Shown here piece by piece: positions 1-12,616 of a stretch of DNA of 64,000 bases. Positions within the stretch are counted from its first letter, which is position 1, and each line of letters opens with the position of its first letter. Location: positions 186,001-250,000 of the forward strand of contig OW569371.1 in NCBI GenBank assembly GCA_937625935.1. The letters run 5' to 3'. The DNA is from Tetramitus jugosus (lineage: Eukaryota; Protista; Heterolobosea). The notes beneath the pieces were generated by a model. The model saw only the letters and a list, made by a program, of their open reading frames with translations, was not told where the DNA came from and did no database searches. A program made the translations under genes and the position numbers.

Positions 1-372
1 ATTGATACCCTGATTATTATTATTGTTATTATTATTGTTGTTATTGTTGTTATTTGACCATACTACTTGTTGCACTTGTTGAGGTAATGTTTCTGTTCGT
101 TTTTGTTGTTGTTGTTGTTGTTGAGATTGATCCAGTAAAACAGCAGCTCTCTGAACAAACACTGTTTCATACAGTGTAAACATGCCTAGGATAAGAACAA
201 ACACGATAATCAATTGTTTTTTGACATTGTTCGACAATGGCCATAAATGAGACGTTTGTTGTGACCCATGGTGATGATGATGAGGATTGTTGTTGAATTT
301 AAATTGAGGTGATTGGTTATGGTTCATGGGTGAATTTCGCATGAATGACCGTCCTAAAAGTGCTCCTTGCAT
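1..372 (-). CDS. N-terminal part of a probable type II membrane protein (runs off the left edge)
   Basis: Manual translation from ATG 372: MQGALLGRSFMRNSPMNHNQ...KKQLIIVFVLILGMFTLYETVFV then poly-Q/poly-N; open to position 1; one hydrophobic segment after basic residues. Confidence 0.55.
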   Translation of the reverse strand, partial: MQGALLGRSFMRNSPMNHNQSPQFKFNNNPHHHHHGSQQTSHLWPLSNNVKKQLIIVFVLILGMFTLYETVFVQRAAVLLDQSQQQQQQQKRTETLPQQVQQVVWSNNNNNNNNNNNNNNQGIN

Positions 373-822
373 ATGCACGAAATGTGTTTGTTTTCGAGTG
401 TGTACCACTGGTACTACAGAGTGATGGGATGTTCTGTGGATGTGATGTTTGCTTGGTTACCTGTTTGTTGTGATTTTTTTGAGTCCAGATTCGGTGGTGT
501 GAATCTTTTCTTGGACTGTTCATGCGCTTGAAACCCGTTTTTTCAACTCCGATGACGAAATTGTGGAACTACGGGAACTGACGCAACGATGCGCAATTTG
601 AAATTTATTGACCAACGAGTCCCAAATTCACCTCCAAGCTAGTGCCAGGAGAACGTGAAGGTTACCGCACATAAAACCAATCTTGAATCAAGTTCTCACC
701 AAGAAGTTGTCCTATGGCGCTTTATCTAAAATTCCGCTCAAAAAAAAAACTTTTTTTTTGATGATCAAAACACAAATCAAACAACAAACAACAAACAACA
801 AACGAGAAGAGGACAACAAAGT

Positions 823-1755
823 ATGGCATACAGACAAAGTGACATCTCAAAGGAACAAATCCACAACGACAGCGTCTTTTGTGTCTCTTGGACCAACGAT
901 AAAATCATCACTGGAAGTGTCAACTCTGAAGTCAAAGTCTGGTCCGTTCAACCGACCAACAAGTCATCATCCGATGCGATTCAACTCACTCACACACTCA
1001 ATGGTCATCGACTAGGAGTCAACAGTGTCGATGCTCACAATAACATTGCAGTCTCCAGTTCCATGGACAGTTGCATTCGAGTGTGGGATGTTGAAAAGGG
1101 AGTGTTGTTGAGTATGATTGAGGCACCACCAGTGGAGGCATGGACCGTTTGTTTGAGTCCAGACGGTCGACACGTTGCCACTGGAAGTCAAACCGGAAAT
1201 GTCAACATTTACAGCGTGGAAAATGGAGTCGGACAAAAGGAAATGTCTCTTGATCCGCAGAAAAAAAGCTTTTGTATGGCTGTTGCTTACAGTCCAAACG
1301 GTAGATTTGTGGCATGTGGTTTGCAAGATGGTAGTGCAACCATTTTTGATGTGAGCACTGGTTCTGTGGCTCATCATTTGGACGCTCATAGCTTGACTGT
1401 GAGAAGCCTTGCCTTTACCAATGATTCTAGTCAATTGATCTCTGCTTCTGATGACAAATCGATACACGTGTACGATGTCAAGAGTGGTTCGTTGACTCAG
1501 ACATTGTCTGGTCATGATTCCTCTGTTTTTTGTGTGCGTGTGTCACCCAACGGAAAGCACTTTGCTTCCTGTTCGGCTGATCGCAGTGTTCGTATCTGGG
1601 AATTGAGCACACTAGAGTGCATTCATGTGTTTGAGGGTGCTCACTCTGATATTGTGTGGTCTCTGGCATACAATCAAGATGGAAGCAACTTGGCCAGTGT
1701 GAGCTCTGATCTCTCTCTCCGTCTCTACAATTGTCCATTGGATGATTCCAAGTAG
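823..1755 (+). CDS. WDR61: WD40-repeat protein, WDR61/Ski8-like (SKI and PAF1 complexes)
   Basis: 310 aa of about 7 WD40 repeats; HRLGVNSV, SSSMDSCIRVWD, APPVEAWTV and HSLTVRSLAF match the WDR61 pattern. Confidence 0.8.
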   Translation: MAYRQSDISKEQIHNDSVFCVSWTNDKIITGSVNSEVKVWSVQPTNKSSSDAIQLTHTLNGHRLGVNSVDAHNNIAVSSSMDSCIRVWDVEKGVLLSMIEAPPVEAWTVCLSPDGRHVATGSQTGNVNIYSVENGVGQKEMSLDPQKKSFCMAVAYSPNGRFVACGLQDGSATIFDVSTGSVAHHLDAHSLTVRSLAFTNDSSQLISASDDKSIHVYDVKSGSLTQTLSGHDSSVFCVRVSPNGKHFASCSADRSVRIWELSTLECIHVFEGAHSDIVWSLAYNQDGSNLASVSSDLSLRLYNCPLDDSK

Positions 1756-1866
1756 TAGGGTGCACGTACACGTCATGTGCAATGCTTTTTGTAACACAAC
1801 AATCTTCAATAAGAAATATTAATATCATCATCACAAAATGTTTATCATAAGAATTGAAGAGAATGC

Positions 1867-2283
1867 TTATTCTTCCATGACGCTGTTATCAGTTTGCTTA
1901 ACTTCTTCTTGATCCGAGCTTGTAACACCAGTCTTTTGTGGGTTGTGCTTGAGCAGGAACGCAGCCAAGTATTCTACTGGATTTTCAGGTCTTTCTCTTA
2001 CGACGGCTGCCAATCCCTGGAGCAAAATGGGAACGACAGTTTGATCGAGGTAAGCTCTCACAGGCAAAGCTTGAAAATTGATCTTGTGATCTACAGAGCT
2101 GGCCACATTCTGAGCTGAACGTTGATTCAATTGAAACATGGACTCACTGAAATCAGTGAGGGATGGTTGTTGAGCTGTAGTTGGTTGAGGGGTGGTTTGC
2201 TCAGTTGTTTGTTCTGTTGTTTGTTCAGTTGTTGCTGGTTCAATAGTGTTGGTGTTATCGTTATCCACAGGTTGAGCTTCCAT
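1867..2283 (-). CDS. DPY30: Dpy-30 protein (COMPASS subunit)
   Basis: [41 protein letters not shown] is the Dpy-30 motif; likely start MEAQ at 2283. Confidence 0.85.
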   Translation of the reverse strand: MEAQPVDNDNTNTIEPATTEQTTEQTTEQTTPQPTTAQQPSLTDFSESMFQLNQRSAQNVASSVDHKINFQALPVRAYLDQTVVPILLQGLAAVVRERPENPVEYLAAFLLKHNPQKTGVTSSDQEEVKQTDNSVMEE

Positions 2284-2442
2284 GATTACAGTTTCTTTCT
2301 TATGGTTCTGAAGAGTGAGTGTTTTGTTGTTGATGAGTTGGTTTTTAGTTAGCGTAGTAGATTGACGGGAACGGTTTTGGGCGGGAAACAGCACAAGGGC
2401 TGACTTTATGTTGGTATACATTATTGATGACACCACCACCAT

Positions 2443-5400
2443 TCAATTCAACCATTTCTTACACTTGGCAGAACCGCAATGACATGGGATTTTCTCCTCC
2501 TCAAATGGAAACTTGTAATCGTAGGTAACTTCTTCTCCAATTTCAATTTTCTTCAGTGCATAAATTACAACCTTATTGGCATCGTTGATCTTAATTATCC
2601 TAGCAGAGCAATTGGGATCGCAACTATGATTGATAAATCGAGCCAGATTACCCTTCTTGGTGGCATCAATAATGTATTCGTCATCCAGACGGAACATGTA
2701 ACTACTGCCTATACCCATCTTTTCATAACGTTTCTCTCGCATATCTGCCACCTGTTGCCGCACAATTTCACCTACATACTCAATCACCATATCGTCCTTT
2801 TCAATGGTCTCCAATGCAAATAGACCCCAGTCGTGAATGGGTGATTTTGAGAATTTGAGTCGCTTCTTTCGAGTTTCGAGTTGATTCACCTTTGCTGATG
2901 TGCCTCTTCTTGAATCAGCTCTGTTTCTTCTTCCTCCGATGATTGTGCTGGACATTTCTTCATTTTGAGTGGCCAGGAAGTGACTCTGTTTGATCACGGC
3001 ATCTACTACAGCCTGTGTCACTGGTTTCTTAATCTTTTTGAAATCACGAATTTGCTGGAGTGTTAGTCCATCGAGACGAGAGCTGCACGCAAGTTGGATT
3101 TCAGGTTTGTATTCTACAACAGCTTCTTCAGCCTCAACACTAAAATCTTCTTGATCAGACATTCCTTGGTCAAGAATTCCTGATTGATCAGAGGATGCTT
3201 CTTCACTAGTTTCTCCACTAACCTCACTCACTTCGACTTCCTCTTCCTCAGATTCTTCAATTCGACTACGCTTTTTCAGTGGTGCAGACCTTTCTCGTGC
3301 ACGTTTCACAACTCGTTTCCTTCTTCCTTTTGTCGATACTTCATACCTCTCTTCCAGGTCACTGCTAGAAGCAGATGAAGCTTCCTCATCACTTTCCTCA
3401 AGGACAGACTTCGTTTCTTTCGCTCGGCGTAAGCTTGCTTTTTCCTCACCCTTGAACGAATATTCCATTTCTTCATCCTCATCCGGAGTTCGTGTTCGAA
3501 CAACTCTTCTTCTTGGAGGTCTTTCATTTGCAATTTCGTCTTCCGCCTCATTCTCATGAACCACTTTAGAACTTCTAGGAGATGAAAGCTCCCGTTTTCT
3601 CGTCTCTTCGGTTTTTGTACCACGTATCTGTGTCAGCACAGATCTTTCTTGTTTAACGTGTGATGCTGCTCGTCTGCGCTTTGGAATCTGAATTTGAGTA
3701 ATCAGTTGCATAGGATTGAAAATATGAGAAGGTGAACTATCGTCATCATCTTCCATTATTTGAGCCACAGTCATGTCGTTAGAATATGATTCATGACTCG
3801 TCTCTGGAAGATCTTCAATCTTCTCAGTTATGTCAATATCACCAATCACAATCTGATTGTCTTCAAAATCGAAATCTAAATAGATTGGTCTCTTCTTTGA
3901 TTCACATTTCAGCAGCAGGGATGTCTCGAGACCAAAGGCAGATGTTTTATCATGAATTCGGTATGCAAGATCAGCTTGTGATTGGTTTGCGAAAATGGCA
4001 TACCAACGTCCTGGAGGATCCGCATTTAATCTCTCCCGAAAGAAATCAATTGCCTCTCCAAACTTTTTCCTCAAATCAGATGCGCGAAAATTGGATCGAA
4101 TTCTGTTTTCAATTCGAACGCAATTGTAATATGGCTGAGAGGGAGAGACATGGTCAAAATAATGGTATGGATTCTGCTTGAAGAGCTTCCAGAAATCATA
4201 ACGAATATGATAGTGCCAACATCTGTCACCGAAACGACATTGACCGTTCATCTCATCTGAGCATATTCTATCATACTCCTGCCTCGTCCACAAAATATAC
4301 CTTGTTGGTACACGTAAATAAATAACTAGTTCATCACGATAGAGATGATAATTTGATTTGGGATTGGCTTCAATCACATATGCAAGTATAACAGCATCTT
4401 CGTTGTCATTCATTTTGATTTTCGCTGGATATCGCTGAGCCTCGTAATGCTTGTATCTACGGCTAGGAGGGGGAGGAGTTGGATATGGCTCTGGCATATA
4501 ATTAGATCTAGTTGGTGCTGCAGGATATTGATCATGAGTTGAATATCGACCAAAGCTTCTCTGAGAAGGATGGTCGCTGTACGAGTGAGGTGAGTAGCTA
4601 CTCTGATGATAGTACGGGTCACGACTTCTCTCATATTTTCTTCGCTCGCTCTCTTCTCTCAATTTCATCTCAGATGCTCGTCTCTCACGCTCTTTCCGTT
4701 CTTGTTCTTCTCTTGCTTTTGCTTGTTCATAGTTTTGGACGAGTTTCGAGTGTTGCTCTACGGTCAAGACACGAGAGCATGATATCTTCTTCTTCAATCT
4801 CACCGTGTATTCATCGCGAAACGATTTCAATGGAGATTGTCTAAAGAGACAAGAGTTCATTTCGATTGCTGCACGTCGCGAAGTCTCGAAATCACAAAAC
4901 TCCACCAGGCAAAAATCTGCGAGCTTATCTGACGGTGGTTCAGCAAGGTTATTCGCCAACGAACTACTCATGTCCTTGTAATATATCGTCACATTGACCA
5001 CCTTTCCAAAAGTACTGAAAAATCCATGTAGCGTCTCTTTCGGTGCAGACTCTGGAATGCCACTCACAAATACACTTGGTTTCTGAACAGTGTTCGACTC
5101 GATAATAAAATCGTTAATATCAGATACCCATCCTTCCTCAATGACAAAATCAGGCAACAAAATGTTTGTTCGATACAGTTTTGATCCTGTCAGATAGTTG
5201 GGATCTGAGAGACGTGGATCAGATGTTTCAATCGTTTGTCCAGAATCTGAAGACATCAAACCATCAATCCTGTATGTTCTATACTTGCTTGTTGTTGTTG
5301 AACCTTGCATTTCAATGTCATCTGCTTCATGCATCAACTGCCAATCACCACCTCTGTGTCGCGATCGAAACCGTATGACCGTATTCTCATCATTCACTCT

Positions 5401-6137
5401 GCGTGTCACTGACAATACAGTTGTATTGATCAGTTTCTTGTCTGGTACGGGTTCTTGGTGAACTCTTGTTCGTTGTGCGCAACGTGTTTGCTTGTTGGAT
5501 TGCGCAGTCATATCTGCAGCAACAGAGCCATGATGGTGTGATGCGTTTTCTGTTTGCATCTTTGGTTCAGAATCAGATGATGAGGAGGAGACAATCGCTT
5601 GAGCTTGTTGCATCATTTGGTGCTGCTGCTGTTGTTGTTTCTGTCGCAACAGTAACAATCCTCGTGCATCTGGTTGGTGATCAAAAATTTGTCAGTTTAG
5701 CAGACGATATCACACAAAAATTTTTTGGGATAAAGGTATGAAAGACATCTAGAAATCTGATCATAATACTTATACTTACCACTGAGCTCAGACTCATAAA
5801 TTTCCTTCTTTTTTTCATACTTGTGCAATTTTTGTTCATTCATTTGTTTGATGGCAGCAAATTCACTCATGGAATGCATTCTTAGTTTTTCCATGAGTTC
5901 AGAGCGCCTCTTCCTGTACTGATCAATCAACTCAATGGCAGCAGTTGGCTTTTGTTCCTCAGGAGCTTTTGATGATGATGTCTCATCACGAGTCATCATG
6001 TTCATCGTGAAGCTTCCGTTGTTTTCATTGTTGGTGTTGACAATGAGTGGAGGATCTTCTGATTGTGGTGGTGGATGAGAGGAAACAGGAGGTTGATCAT
6101 CATGGTTGTGAATGGCTGCCTGCTGTCCTTCTTCCAT
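2443..6137 (-). CDS. SET1: Set1-type histone H3K4 methyltransferase (RRM, CCCH finger, SET, post-SET); intron 5670-5779
   Basis: C-terminus [24 protein letters not shown]...GIGSSYMFR...[12 protein letters not shown]...[26 protein letters not shown] is diagnostic of Set1; RRM at VFVSGIP..FCLVEF; GTAAGT..CAG intron joins ORF 5697-6137 in frame. Confidence 0.9.
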
Positions 6138-6303
6138 TTTTCTTGTGTTTTTGTAAAGTTATTGTGGAAATTCTTGATTTTGTCCGCGGTTCGATTGATT
6201 TTTTTAACGGACATGTTGCAAATCAGAGGTGCGAGCGACAGAATCTACAGAAAACACCATTCTCACTTCGATTGTTGACCCGGACCATTATCTTAAGAAA
6301 AGA

Positions 6304-8084
6304 ATGATAGATGACGGATATCCTGATAGTGATGCAAGTATCAACAGTAACATGACGAACAATAGTTATGTGCAACAACACAAAGAGAGTCTGAATCTCT
6401 TAATCAACAAAGGAACACTCTACAAACGAAAGGACTTTATAGATAAGGACGAGGAAGCCAAAGAGCATCCGAATAGAACATACTATTACAAGAAGACTGT
6501 TGATTTCAATCTAGTTATCGAACAGTGCACACAAAAGGTAAGAGACCGACTGTCACATTGTATTCGACCGAAATGAACTTGTAAACTAAAGGATTCATCA
6601 TTGTTGGGTGAATATAGCTAAATGACGATCCTTTGAACCTTATGGCTCTAACTCTCAGAGGAGCCACCTATCTCAAGATGAACGATTATGGAAATGCAAT
6701 AGGAGACTACACACAGATTTTGAAAATCAACCCCAATCAAGTGAACGCGTTGTACAATAGAGGATCAGCCTATCAAAAAGTGAATCAACTCGAAAGAGCA
6801 ATTGAAGACTACACAAATGTACTACAGTTAGATCCCAATCATGTGAATGCTGCCTATGCTCGAGCTGCCTGCCAAAATAGTAGGGGCAACTTTGCCGCAG
6901 CTATCATCGACTATCAGTTGGCCTTGGAGAAAGATGAGGAAAAAATTCAAGTCAAATCACCTAAGAAACGCAATAGACCTCCTTCTATCAAAGACTTTAA
7001 CCAATATATTAAGGACAAGGAAGAGGAAATGAAGAAAAATTTGCATATTACCAGAAGCTTAAGTGATATGCAACTAACCATTGACTCATCCAGTCCAACA
7101 ACTCCTTTTACTGCAATGAACGATGAAGCGTTTCCAGTGAGCCCCAACAATACTTCTGATTTTTACCACAACCGAGCCTGTTCTTATCGGAAGCAAGGCA
7201 ATTTCTCAGAAGCGGTTACTGACTACTCCAAGGCATTGGAAATCAACCCGAAGAATTTAAAAGCACTCTATAACAGAGCTTTCTCCTACGACAAATTGGG
7301 AGATTTTAATAATGCCGCACTTGATTACACTAACGCTCTCAGTATTGACAACAAGAGCTTCAACGCCTACTATCATAGAGGTTGCTCATATGAAAAAATG
7401 AACCAACTTGACAAGGCGATACGGGATTGGTCAAAGTCCATCGAGATTAATCCCGGATTTGTTGCGTCCTACATTGCTCGAGGTTTATGCTACAATAGAA
7501 GAGAACAGTACGAAGAAGCACTCAAAGATTTCCATAGTGCTATCAAGTTAGAACCTAGGAATTGTGCTCTCTATCTCTACAGAGCTTCTACCTATCGATC
7601 TATCGGAAAGTATGAACAAACAATTGAGGATTTGAACGAAGCCATAAGAATCAATCCAGATAACGCACATATCTATACAAAGAGAGGTTTCGCCCAAAGA
7701 AAAGTGGGAAAATTCGATGAAGCCATTCAAGATTACTCGATTGCTTTGAGACTGGAACCCAATGATGTAAAAACTCTGAACAACAGAGGATATTCCTATG
7801 CGAAGAAGGGGTGCTATGATCTGGCAGTCAGAGACTATGATCAAGTATTGCAAATTGACAAGAATAACACTCATGCCCTTCATAATCGAGGTATATCCTA
7901 CGAGAAGATGGGACTATATCAAAAATCTGTCAAGGATTTCACCCGGGTGCTCGAGTTGGATCCCAGCAACGCAAATGCATACTTTAATCGAGGATCCGTG
8001 TATGATAGTTTAGGAGACTTTGATCACGCAATTGCAGACTACTCTAAAGCACTTGAATTAGAACAGGGAGCGCGAAAGAAGTAA
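6304..8084 (+). CDS. Tetratricopeptide-repeat protein; intron 6538-6617
   Basis: More than 10 TPR repeats (ALYNRGSAY..AIEDY, AYFNRGSVY..AIADYSKALEL); GTAAGA..TAG intron keeps frame. Confidence 0.85.
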
Positions 8085-8313
8085 ATAATACAGCTGCTGT
8101 CAAGCCATGTTTTTTGCAAAAGTCCTTTGCATGATTATTCTGTGTGATCCGATTCTGTCTGACTTTTTCGCGCACTTCTGCGGAATTTTACGAGTTTTCG
8201 TTGTTGGGAAGAAGGAAGCAAAAAATTTTTTGTTTGATTCAAAGCAGAAAAAAACGGGAACACCAATCGAAGGAAGCTTTCTGTTGCACGTTTGTTGTTG
8301 AAAAAACATTATC

Positions 8314-8869
8314 ATGAACGAGTACGAAGAGAACATTGAGGATGCCCAGGATCAACCAAACATTGGAATGAGGTTCTGCAGTGAGTGCAACAACATGTTG
8401 TATCCAAAGGAGAACAAGACACTGAAAAAGTTGCAATATGTCTGCAGAAGATGCACCAACGTGGAAGACGCTGACACAAACTGTGTATATAGAAATGATA
8501 TCAAAGCTTCAAACGAGTAAGTTTGAAAATACTTGATTGCAGTGTTTTTGGATTTGGCTCCTCATTGGATCCTAACCGCTCTATTTTTTTCTATTGGTTG
8601 GTTGTTTGCTTTTGGTTTTTTTTCTTGTTGTTGTTGTGATGGTGTTTTTTAGTATCTCCCTGTATAACATTGAATGGGAAGCTCTTGTTCACGATCCAAC
8701 TCTGCCTAGGACTGGTAATCTTCAGTGTGATCGATGCCCCAATAAAGAAGTGGTCTTGCTGCAGACTGGTTTCGGTTTGTCAAGCACTGGTTCAGGTACG
8801 AGTGGTGGTATGAATCTGTGGTTTGTCTGCACCAACTGTTTCTACAGATGGAGCAACACGAACAAGTAA
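8314..8869 (+). CDS. RPB9: RNA polymerase II subunit RPB9; intron 8517-8652
   Basis: MRFCSECNNMLYPKE..YVCRRC, DPTLPR, second Zn ribbon CDRC..CTNC; GTAAGT..TAG intron. Confidence 0.92.
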
Positions 8870-8916
8870 GAAAATCTGCTCTTCCATGGTTGTTGAAACC
8901 TTAATAAAAATTAAGT

Positions 8917-10485
8917 TTAATGTTTTTCTTCGACAACTTCGTCCTTCTTGTTGGACGACTTGTGCTTGTCCAGTCTACAGAATGGATAGCTCTGAATCAT
9001 CTTCAATGGCACCTTGTGTCCCACAAGGTCTCTAATGTTAGCAATCTCGTACATGATCATTGTTGGTCTCTCTAGAGATAGACCCCAGGCAAGAACAGTC
9101 ACATCATCTGGCAATCCCATTGGCCTCAACATTTCTGGTCTGAACATGCCAGAGTTACCAATTTCGACCCATCTGCCCAACTGTGGATGATAACCAAAGA
9201 TTTCCATGGAAGGCTCAGTGTATGGATTGTAAGCAGGCTTAAACTTGAGTTGATGAATACCAATCTTGCCAAAGAAGGTGCTCAACAGACCAATCAAGTC
9301 TCCCAATGACAAATTTCTGTCAATGACCATACCTTCAATCTGGTGGAACTCGCACAAGTGAGTAGCATCAGGCACTTCATTACGGAACACTCTGTCAATG
9401 GAGAAGAACTTTCTTGGCTTGAATTCACCTGATTGTTTCAATTCTTGTGCGATATTGTACAAGTATCGACTAGAGACTGCAGTTGTGTGAGTTCTCAACA
9501 AATTCTTTTGTGCTTCCTCCACTTTCCAGTCGTATCGGTAACCAATGGATCCATGACCTCCCTTCTCATGCACATTCTTCACATCAACCATGTATTCTTG
9601 TGGAATGGTGTGACACTTTGCAGGATTGCTCAAGAAAAAGGTGTCATGCGCATCTCTGGCAGGATGCTGCTGTGGTTGGAACAAGGCATCAAAATTCCAG
9701 AAGGAACTCTCCACAAAGTTGTTGGTTTGCATCTCTTCGAATCCCATCTCCAAGAAAATCTTTCTAAATTCACTTCTGACCTTTAGCAATGGATGCAAGT
9801 GACCATTCCATGGATTCTTCTTTCCCTGTGCACTAAAGTTGTATGGCTTGAATGTCTCCTTCTTCCAATCACCAGTCTGTAGCATCTCTGCAGTCAAATC
9901 CGTTTCAATCTTCTTTCTCTCCAGTGAGAACTCTTCACCCTTCTCAATCAAGAAGAATTTGACAACGTCGGAACTGATGAGCTTTCTCTTCTTGAGTGCA
10001 TCAAGGTCATTCTTGGACAGTGCATCTGCTCCTCCATTCTTGGCCAATGTTTGCAACTGTTCAAAGGTCACGTCCTTTACAGATGGCACCAGTCTCTCCA
10101 CTTGGAAGTCCTTTCCATCTTCAGTCTTTTGTTGCTTGATCCACTTGTTCTTCATTGCATTGCCATAACCAATTTTCTCCGCTTGTTCTCCGACAATACC
10201 CTTAATTTGGCTCTTGAGAATCGATTTTCCGCTTTGAGAAGGAATGGCATTGAAGACTTGGACTTCTGGTGTAGCTCCAACCTTTACAATGTCTTCACCT
10301 TCTTTTGTGAGTCTCACTCTTGGTGCTTCCTTTACGCTTGTTTGAATCAATTTTTCAACACCAAACTCCAAGCTCTTCAAAACTCCGACCAATTGATCAT
10401 GATCAAAAGAGTGCTTGTCAGCAAATTCACGGGAGTTTGGAATCGTGTTGTTGGTATTGAGTGTTTCGAGAACGAGTTGATCCAT
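8917..10485 (-). CDS. FARSA: Cytosolic phenylalanyl-tRNA synthetase alpha subunit
   Basis: [65 protein letters not shown]. Confidence 0.97.
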   Translation of the reverse strand: MDQLVLETLNTNNTIPNSREFADKHSFDHDQLVGVLKSLEFGVEKLIQTSVKEAPRVRLTKEGEDIVKVGATPEVQVFNAIPSQSGKSILKSQIKGIVGEQAEKIGYGNAMKNKWIKQQKTEDGKDFQVERLVPSVKDVTFEQLQTLAKNGGADALSKNDLDALKKRKLISSDVVKFFLIEKGEEFSLERKKIETDLTAEMLQTGDWKKETFKPYNFSAQGKKNPWNGHLHPLLKVRSEFRKIFLEMGFEEMQTNNFVESSFWNFDALFQPQQHPARDAHDTFFLSNPAKCHTIPQEYMVDVKNVHEKGGHGSIGYRYDWKVEEAQKNLLRTHTTAVSSRYLYNIAQELKQSGEFKPRKFFSIDRVFRNEVPDATHLCEFHQIEGMVIDRNLSLGDLIGLLSTFFGKIGIHQLKFKPAYNPYTEPSMEIFGYHPQLGRWVEIGNSGMFRPEMLRPMGLPDDVTVLAWGLSLERPTMIMYEIANIRDLVGHKVPLKMIQSYPFCRLDKHKSSNKKDEVVEEKH

Positions 10486-10748
10486 TCTGATGTGTGATGA
10501 TTGTTTTTTTTATTGTTGTTGTTGTTTTGTTGTTGAGATGTTTTTTTGTTGTTGTTGGTGAAATTTGCACCTGGGCGGTGTTGTGCAAATTTGTGTGTGA
10601 TTTCTCTCCGACTCCGACATCGGTGAAAATTTGAGTGTTGTATTCGCGTGGAGATGACTTTGTCAAGTCGAGGTTGTCTCCCTGAGAAGAGTTTTTGAAT
10701 TGAGATGACAATACTCAGCTGCTTTCGAGATGAAAGAATTGTCTTGCC

Positions 10749-11506
10749 CTATACAACTGAACTTTGTATACCCTTCAAGTACGACAATGCCTTCTCCGTA
10801 ATCAATTCTTGAGAACATCCATCCATATACAGTGTGTGAATACCAACCAGATGAGGAAATGCTCTATCTGTGATATTGATGCAATATCTCATATCTAGGG
10901 CGTGAATACCAATCAAATGATGAAATGAATCATCTGTTATCTGATTGCAAGACCTCATTTCAAGGGCGCGAATACCAGTCAAGTACTGAAACGCACTATC
11001 TTCGATTTTGTTACAACACGACATACTGAGAGTATGAATTCTTCTTAAATGAGAAAATGCCTTGCTTGTGACATTATGGCAACAGCTCATCTCGAGTGTG
11101 TGAATGCCGGTCAAATGTTGAAATGCCTTGTCTGAGATTTGATTACACCAATTCATGTTGAGTGTGTGAATGCCTTCCAAATATAGGAAATGATCATCCA
11201 TGACAGACATATTCCTATTCAAGTGAACATTGAACAGTGTCCTTCTTCCCAATTGAAAGTAGTCATAAATCTTTTGAGTGTTCTCTGCTTGTTAGACATG
11301 AGAGATCGATTGAATTTGAATTGATTGATCTCTTTACAAGTGTAACTCAATTGTAGCCAGTCCCTCGTTTCACAAAACTCGACGATTTTAGACCACGTGT
11401 CGCTGCAAAGTGCTGAATCATTTTCGATTGTATCATTTTCGTTGTATCTAGCTCGCTTGGCTGTTGCATAACTTTCACCATCTATGGTGCTTGCAGTGCG
11501 CTTCAT
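10749..11506 (-). pseudogene. F-box plus leucine-rich-repeat gene, frameshifted near 11250
   Basis: F-box-like LCSDTWSKIVEF..LSYTCK in one frame; about 6 LRRs (LxGIHTLxMxxCxxITDxAFxHL) in an overlapping frame; no normal-sized intron joins them. Confidence 0.65.
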
Positions 11507-11703
11507 TGGCACCTATTTTCTATCTTTTGTCACCTTCCAGATTTCTCTTCCAGGTTCAACTTCTCTTCTGATCTGAGATAGATCTGAAGTACGTTTGTAT
11601 CATTTTTTCTCCGATGAGGTTTGATTCGATGCAAACTCAGGATTCAGAACAAAATCCGACTTCCCCTTCAAACTAACACAAAAACAACAAACACTCTCAT
11701 AAT

Positions 11704-12192
11704 ATGCTGAGCTCCATGGCCAAGGCCAACGCTGCCATGCTTCGTACATCCAACCAGCCTCCATATGGCGTCACACAACAAACAATGAATGCTGCCTCCA
11801 CCGTCGGCACCTTCAAAAAGTGCATCTTTGTTATGTTGGTCTTGTGCCTCGTCTGCCAACTCTTTTATTTTCTCATGTACTATCGGCACTCTCACAAACA
11901 AGTTGCCAAACGTGAAAAGGAGATCAGGGGCAAGCTGTTCCAGTGTCACTCTGGTGAAAAAATTCCATTCCAGTTTGTCAATAATCGAGTATGTGATTGT
12001 TGTGATGGTAGTGATGAGGGAGATCACTTGATTGAGTGCAAGAATACGTGTGCTCCTCACACGACAACGATTGCTTCAGGCTTGGTGTTGTTGGTGGTCA
12101 TATTGGGACATGTGATTGCCATTTCGGGCTTTGTTGTTTGGATCTTGTTTTATTACAATAGCGATGCTGTGACGAATAGTCGAGTTGAGTAG
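11704..12192 (+). CDS. Small membrane protein with a glucosidase II beta (PRKCSH N-terminal)-like Cys module
   Basis: FQCHSGEKIPFQFVNNRVCDCCDGSDE...CKNTC between two hydrophobic segments. Confidence 0.65.
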   Translation: MLSSMAKANAAMLRTSNQPPYGVTQQTMNAASTVGTFKKCIFVMLVLCLVCQLFYFLMYYRHSHKQVAKREKEIRGKLFQCHSGEKIPFQFVNNRVCDCCDGSDEGDHLIECKNTCAPHTTTIASGLVLLVVILGHVIAISGFVVWILFYYNSDAVTNSRVE

Positions 12193-12411
12193 TGGGTGCA
12201 CTTATGGTTGAAATGAATGAGGTGAAAAAGGAACCTCGTAAGTGTGATGTGATGAATGAGTCGCAGATAGGCAGTAAATTAATTGAGCTTGACAATCATG
12301 GGTACTACAGCGAAACTCATGAACTAAATCCCAGGTCGTGGACCTTCGCAAGAGACCTTCTCTTGGTCCAATAGAATTCAGGAGAATCAAGCATAAAGCA
12401 ATGAGCAAAAG

Positions 12412-12484
12412 TACCGACGACGGGACTCGAACCCGCGACCACTGGATTAGAAGTCCAGTGCTCTTCCAGCTGAGCTACGACGGC
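12412..12484 (-). tRNA. tRNA-Arg (TCT)
   Basis: Reverse complement GCCGTCGTAGCTCAGCTGGAAGAGCACTGGACTTCTAATCCAGTGGTCGCGGGTTCGAGTCCCGTCGTCGGTA folds as a cloverleaf; anticodon TCT; one acceptor-stem mismatch. Confidence 0.92.
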
Positions 12485-12616
12485 TTGATATTTCAATTGA
12501 AAATCTAATTTTAGCCACTAAAACTCCGGTGATATTGCATTTTGGCCCTTCTTCGTTTTCATTTTGATAATATCTCCTTCATCATACTCAAACACGAAAA
12601 AAACGAACAGAACAAC

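Noticed and set aside
11284-11298. 13-nt GT..AG micro-intron as a fix for the F-box/LRR frameshift
   Set aside because: Shorter than known spliceosomal introns; other introns here are 74-166 nt
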